The position numbers were made by a program, and so were the translations under genes. Below, piece by piece: positions 62,796 to 64,000 of a stretch of DNA of 64,000 bases. Location of the stretch: contig CAZXLF010000001.1 in the NCBI GenBank assembly GCA_964642015.1, positions 432,168 to 496,167 on the forward strand, written 5' to 3'. The first letter of the stretch is position 1; each line of letters opens with the position of its first letter. The notes below the pieces were generated by a model. That model was not told where the DNA came from, did no database searches, and worked only from the letters and a program-made list of their open reading frames with translations. This DNA is from an uncultured Planctomycetia bacterium (GTDB lineage Bacteria; Omnitrophota; Gorgyraeia; 2-02-FULL-51-18).

Positions 62796-63469
62796 TGTAT
62801 CCTGTGCCAGATAAAAAGGTTATAAAACCAAGCCCTTTATTTTACAAGCTGACGCAGATCGTTCTTTATAGATTCTATCGTATTTGCTTCGACTTTAAGC
62901 ATTACGGGACAAAAAGGGTCCCGAATGATTCGCGCGGAGTGATATTTGCGCCGAATCATGCAAGTTATCTCGACCCGCCGATCCTCGGAATTTCGCTTGA
63001 GAAGCCGATCCATTATCTCGCCAAAGATTACCTTTTCAAAGTTTTTGCATTAAGAAGGATGCTTTATTGGCTGGGATCTTTGCCGATCAAAAGCGCAAAT
63101 GACTTTCACAGCATGCGAGAGCTTTTGCGCGCTTTGAAAGAGGGCAAGCGTCTCGTGATATTTCCGGAAGGCACAAGGACGCTTGACGGTAAATTTCAGG
63201 ATGTCGAAGGCGGCGCCGGATTTTTGGCCGTGAAAAGCAAAACGTACGTAGTGCCTGTTTATATTAGCGGGACTTTTGAGGCTTTCCCGAAAGGGGTGAA
63301 GCGGTTCCGTTGCAGGCCGGTGCGGGTTTATTTCGGCACGGCGTTCATTCCTTGCGAAGACAAAGAGTTGATGGCCAAAGAGGATCCGTATCTGGCTGTC
63401 AGCCAAAAGATCATGAGCGAGATAAAAAAGATCAAAGACGAAGTTGACCAAGGTATCTATAAAGGTTAA
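62795..63469 (+). CDS. plsC: 1-acyl-sn-glycerol-3-phosphate acyltransferase
   Basis: NHASYLD, AK, IFPEGTR, VVPV. Confidence 0.9.
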   Translation: MYPVPDKKVIKPSPLFYKLTQIVLYRFYRICFDFKHYGTKRVPNDSRGVIFAPNHASYLDPPILGISLEKPIHYLAKDYLFKVFALRRMLYWLGSLPIKSANDFHSMRELLRALKEGKRLVIFPEGTRTLDGKFQDVEGGAGFLAVKSKTYVVPVYISGTFEAFPKGVKRFRCRPVRVYFGTAFIPCEDKELMAKEDPYLAVSQKIMSEIKKIKDEVDQGIYKG

Positions 63470-63582
63470 AGTTCAAAAATTTTTTCGGGAAGAAATAGGA
63501 TAGTCCGCTCAAAACAAGTTCGTTTGTGGTCATCTTATCCCGATAGAGCCTGTCAGAACGACAGCTCAGGAAGGAAGTAAGC

Positions 63583-64000
63583 ATGTTGCAGGGTATCGAA
63601 AAATTCTCATCGCTCGATGAGGAAAATAACTCTAAAGGCGATGGTTTTGAAATAGATTATAACCAAACGTTCCGGCGTTTTGGTCAGGGGCATGTTGTTA
63701 AAGGCCGTATCATCTCGGTCGGGACGAAGGACGTGATCGTCGACATCGGATATAAATCCGAAGGCGTGATCCCGGCGCACGAATTTGATTCTCCCGAATC
63801 TTTGAAAATCGGCGATGAGATCGAGGTCCTGCTCGAGGAAACGGAAAATGACAAAGGGCGTATCGTTCTTTCACGCCGCCGCGCTGAGAAGAGCCAGGGC
63901 TGGGACCGTATCGTCGAGCAATACGGCGAAGGCGATAACGTTGAGGGTAAGGTCGTCCGCAAGGTGAAAGGCGGTCTCATGATGGATATCGGCGTCGAGG
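63583..64000 (+). CDS. rpsA: 30S ribosomal protein S1 (truncated by the window end; absent from the ORF track)
   Basis: Hand translation from ATG 63583: MLQGIEKF...GHVVKGRII...VIVDIGYKSEGVIP..EF...LSRRRA...W...VEGKVVRKVKGGL.MDIGVE. AGGAAGGAAG lies upstream. Confidence 0.93.
   Translation, partial: MLQGIEKFSSLDEENNSKGDGFEIDYNQTFRRFGQGHVVKGRIISVGTKDVIVDIGYKSEGVIPAHEFDSPESLKIGDEIEVLLEETENDKGRIVLSRRRAEKSQGWDRIVEQYGEGDNVEGKVVRKVKGGLMMDIGVE

Overview
A 64-kb stretch of bacterial core chromosome with about 60 tightly packed or overlapping genes, all on the + strand. I saw no tRNA, rRNA, CRISPR array, prophage or transposase. In order: holB(partial)-metG-iscS-tatD-CPBP protease-thiL-tsaE-tsaB-alr; ilvB-ilvN-ilvC-leuA; aroE-pilD-aroC-aroK-dprA-topA-xerC; a roughly 18-kb lipid A/Kdo/heptose core and LPS export cluster; hpf-tig-clpP, a class V aminotransferase and serA; purA-uppS-cdsA-dxr-rseP-proS; rimP-nusA-infB-trpS-scpA-scpB-pheA-hisC-aroF-tyrA-cmk-plsC; and rpsA (partial). 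The LPS genes show a diderm cell. A PVC-related lineage such as Ca. Omnitrophota is my unverified guess. The most striking observation is that DNA topoisomerase I is encoded with a complete ThiS-like (ubiquitin-like beta-grasp) domain ending in VGGG fused in frame to its N-terminus, resembling a linear ubiquitin-fusion precursor. Also notable are fused LPS enzymes (LpxL-ELM1/GtrOC1, GT4-GT9, GT9-GT9, LptC-LptA) and several structured intergenic elements. All calls come from motif recognition in the translations; no database searches were run.
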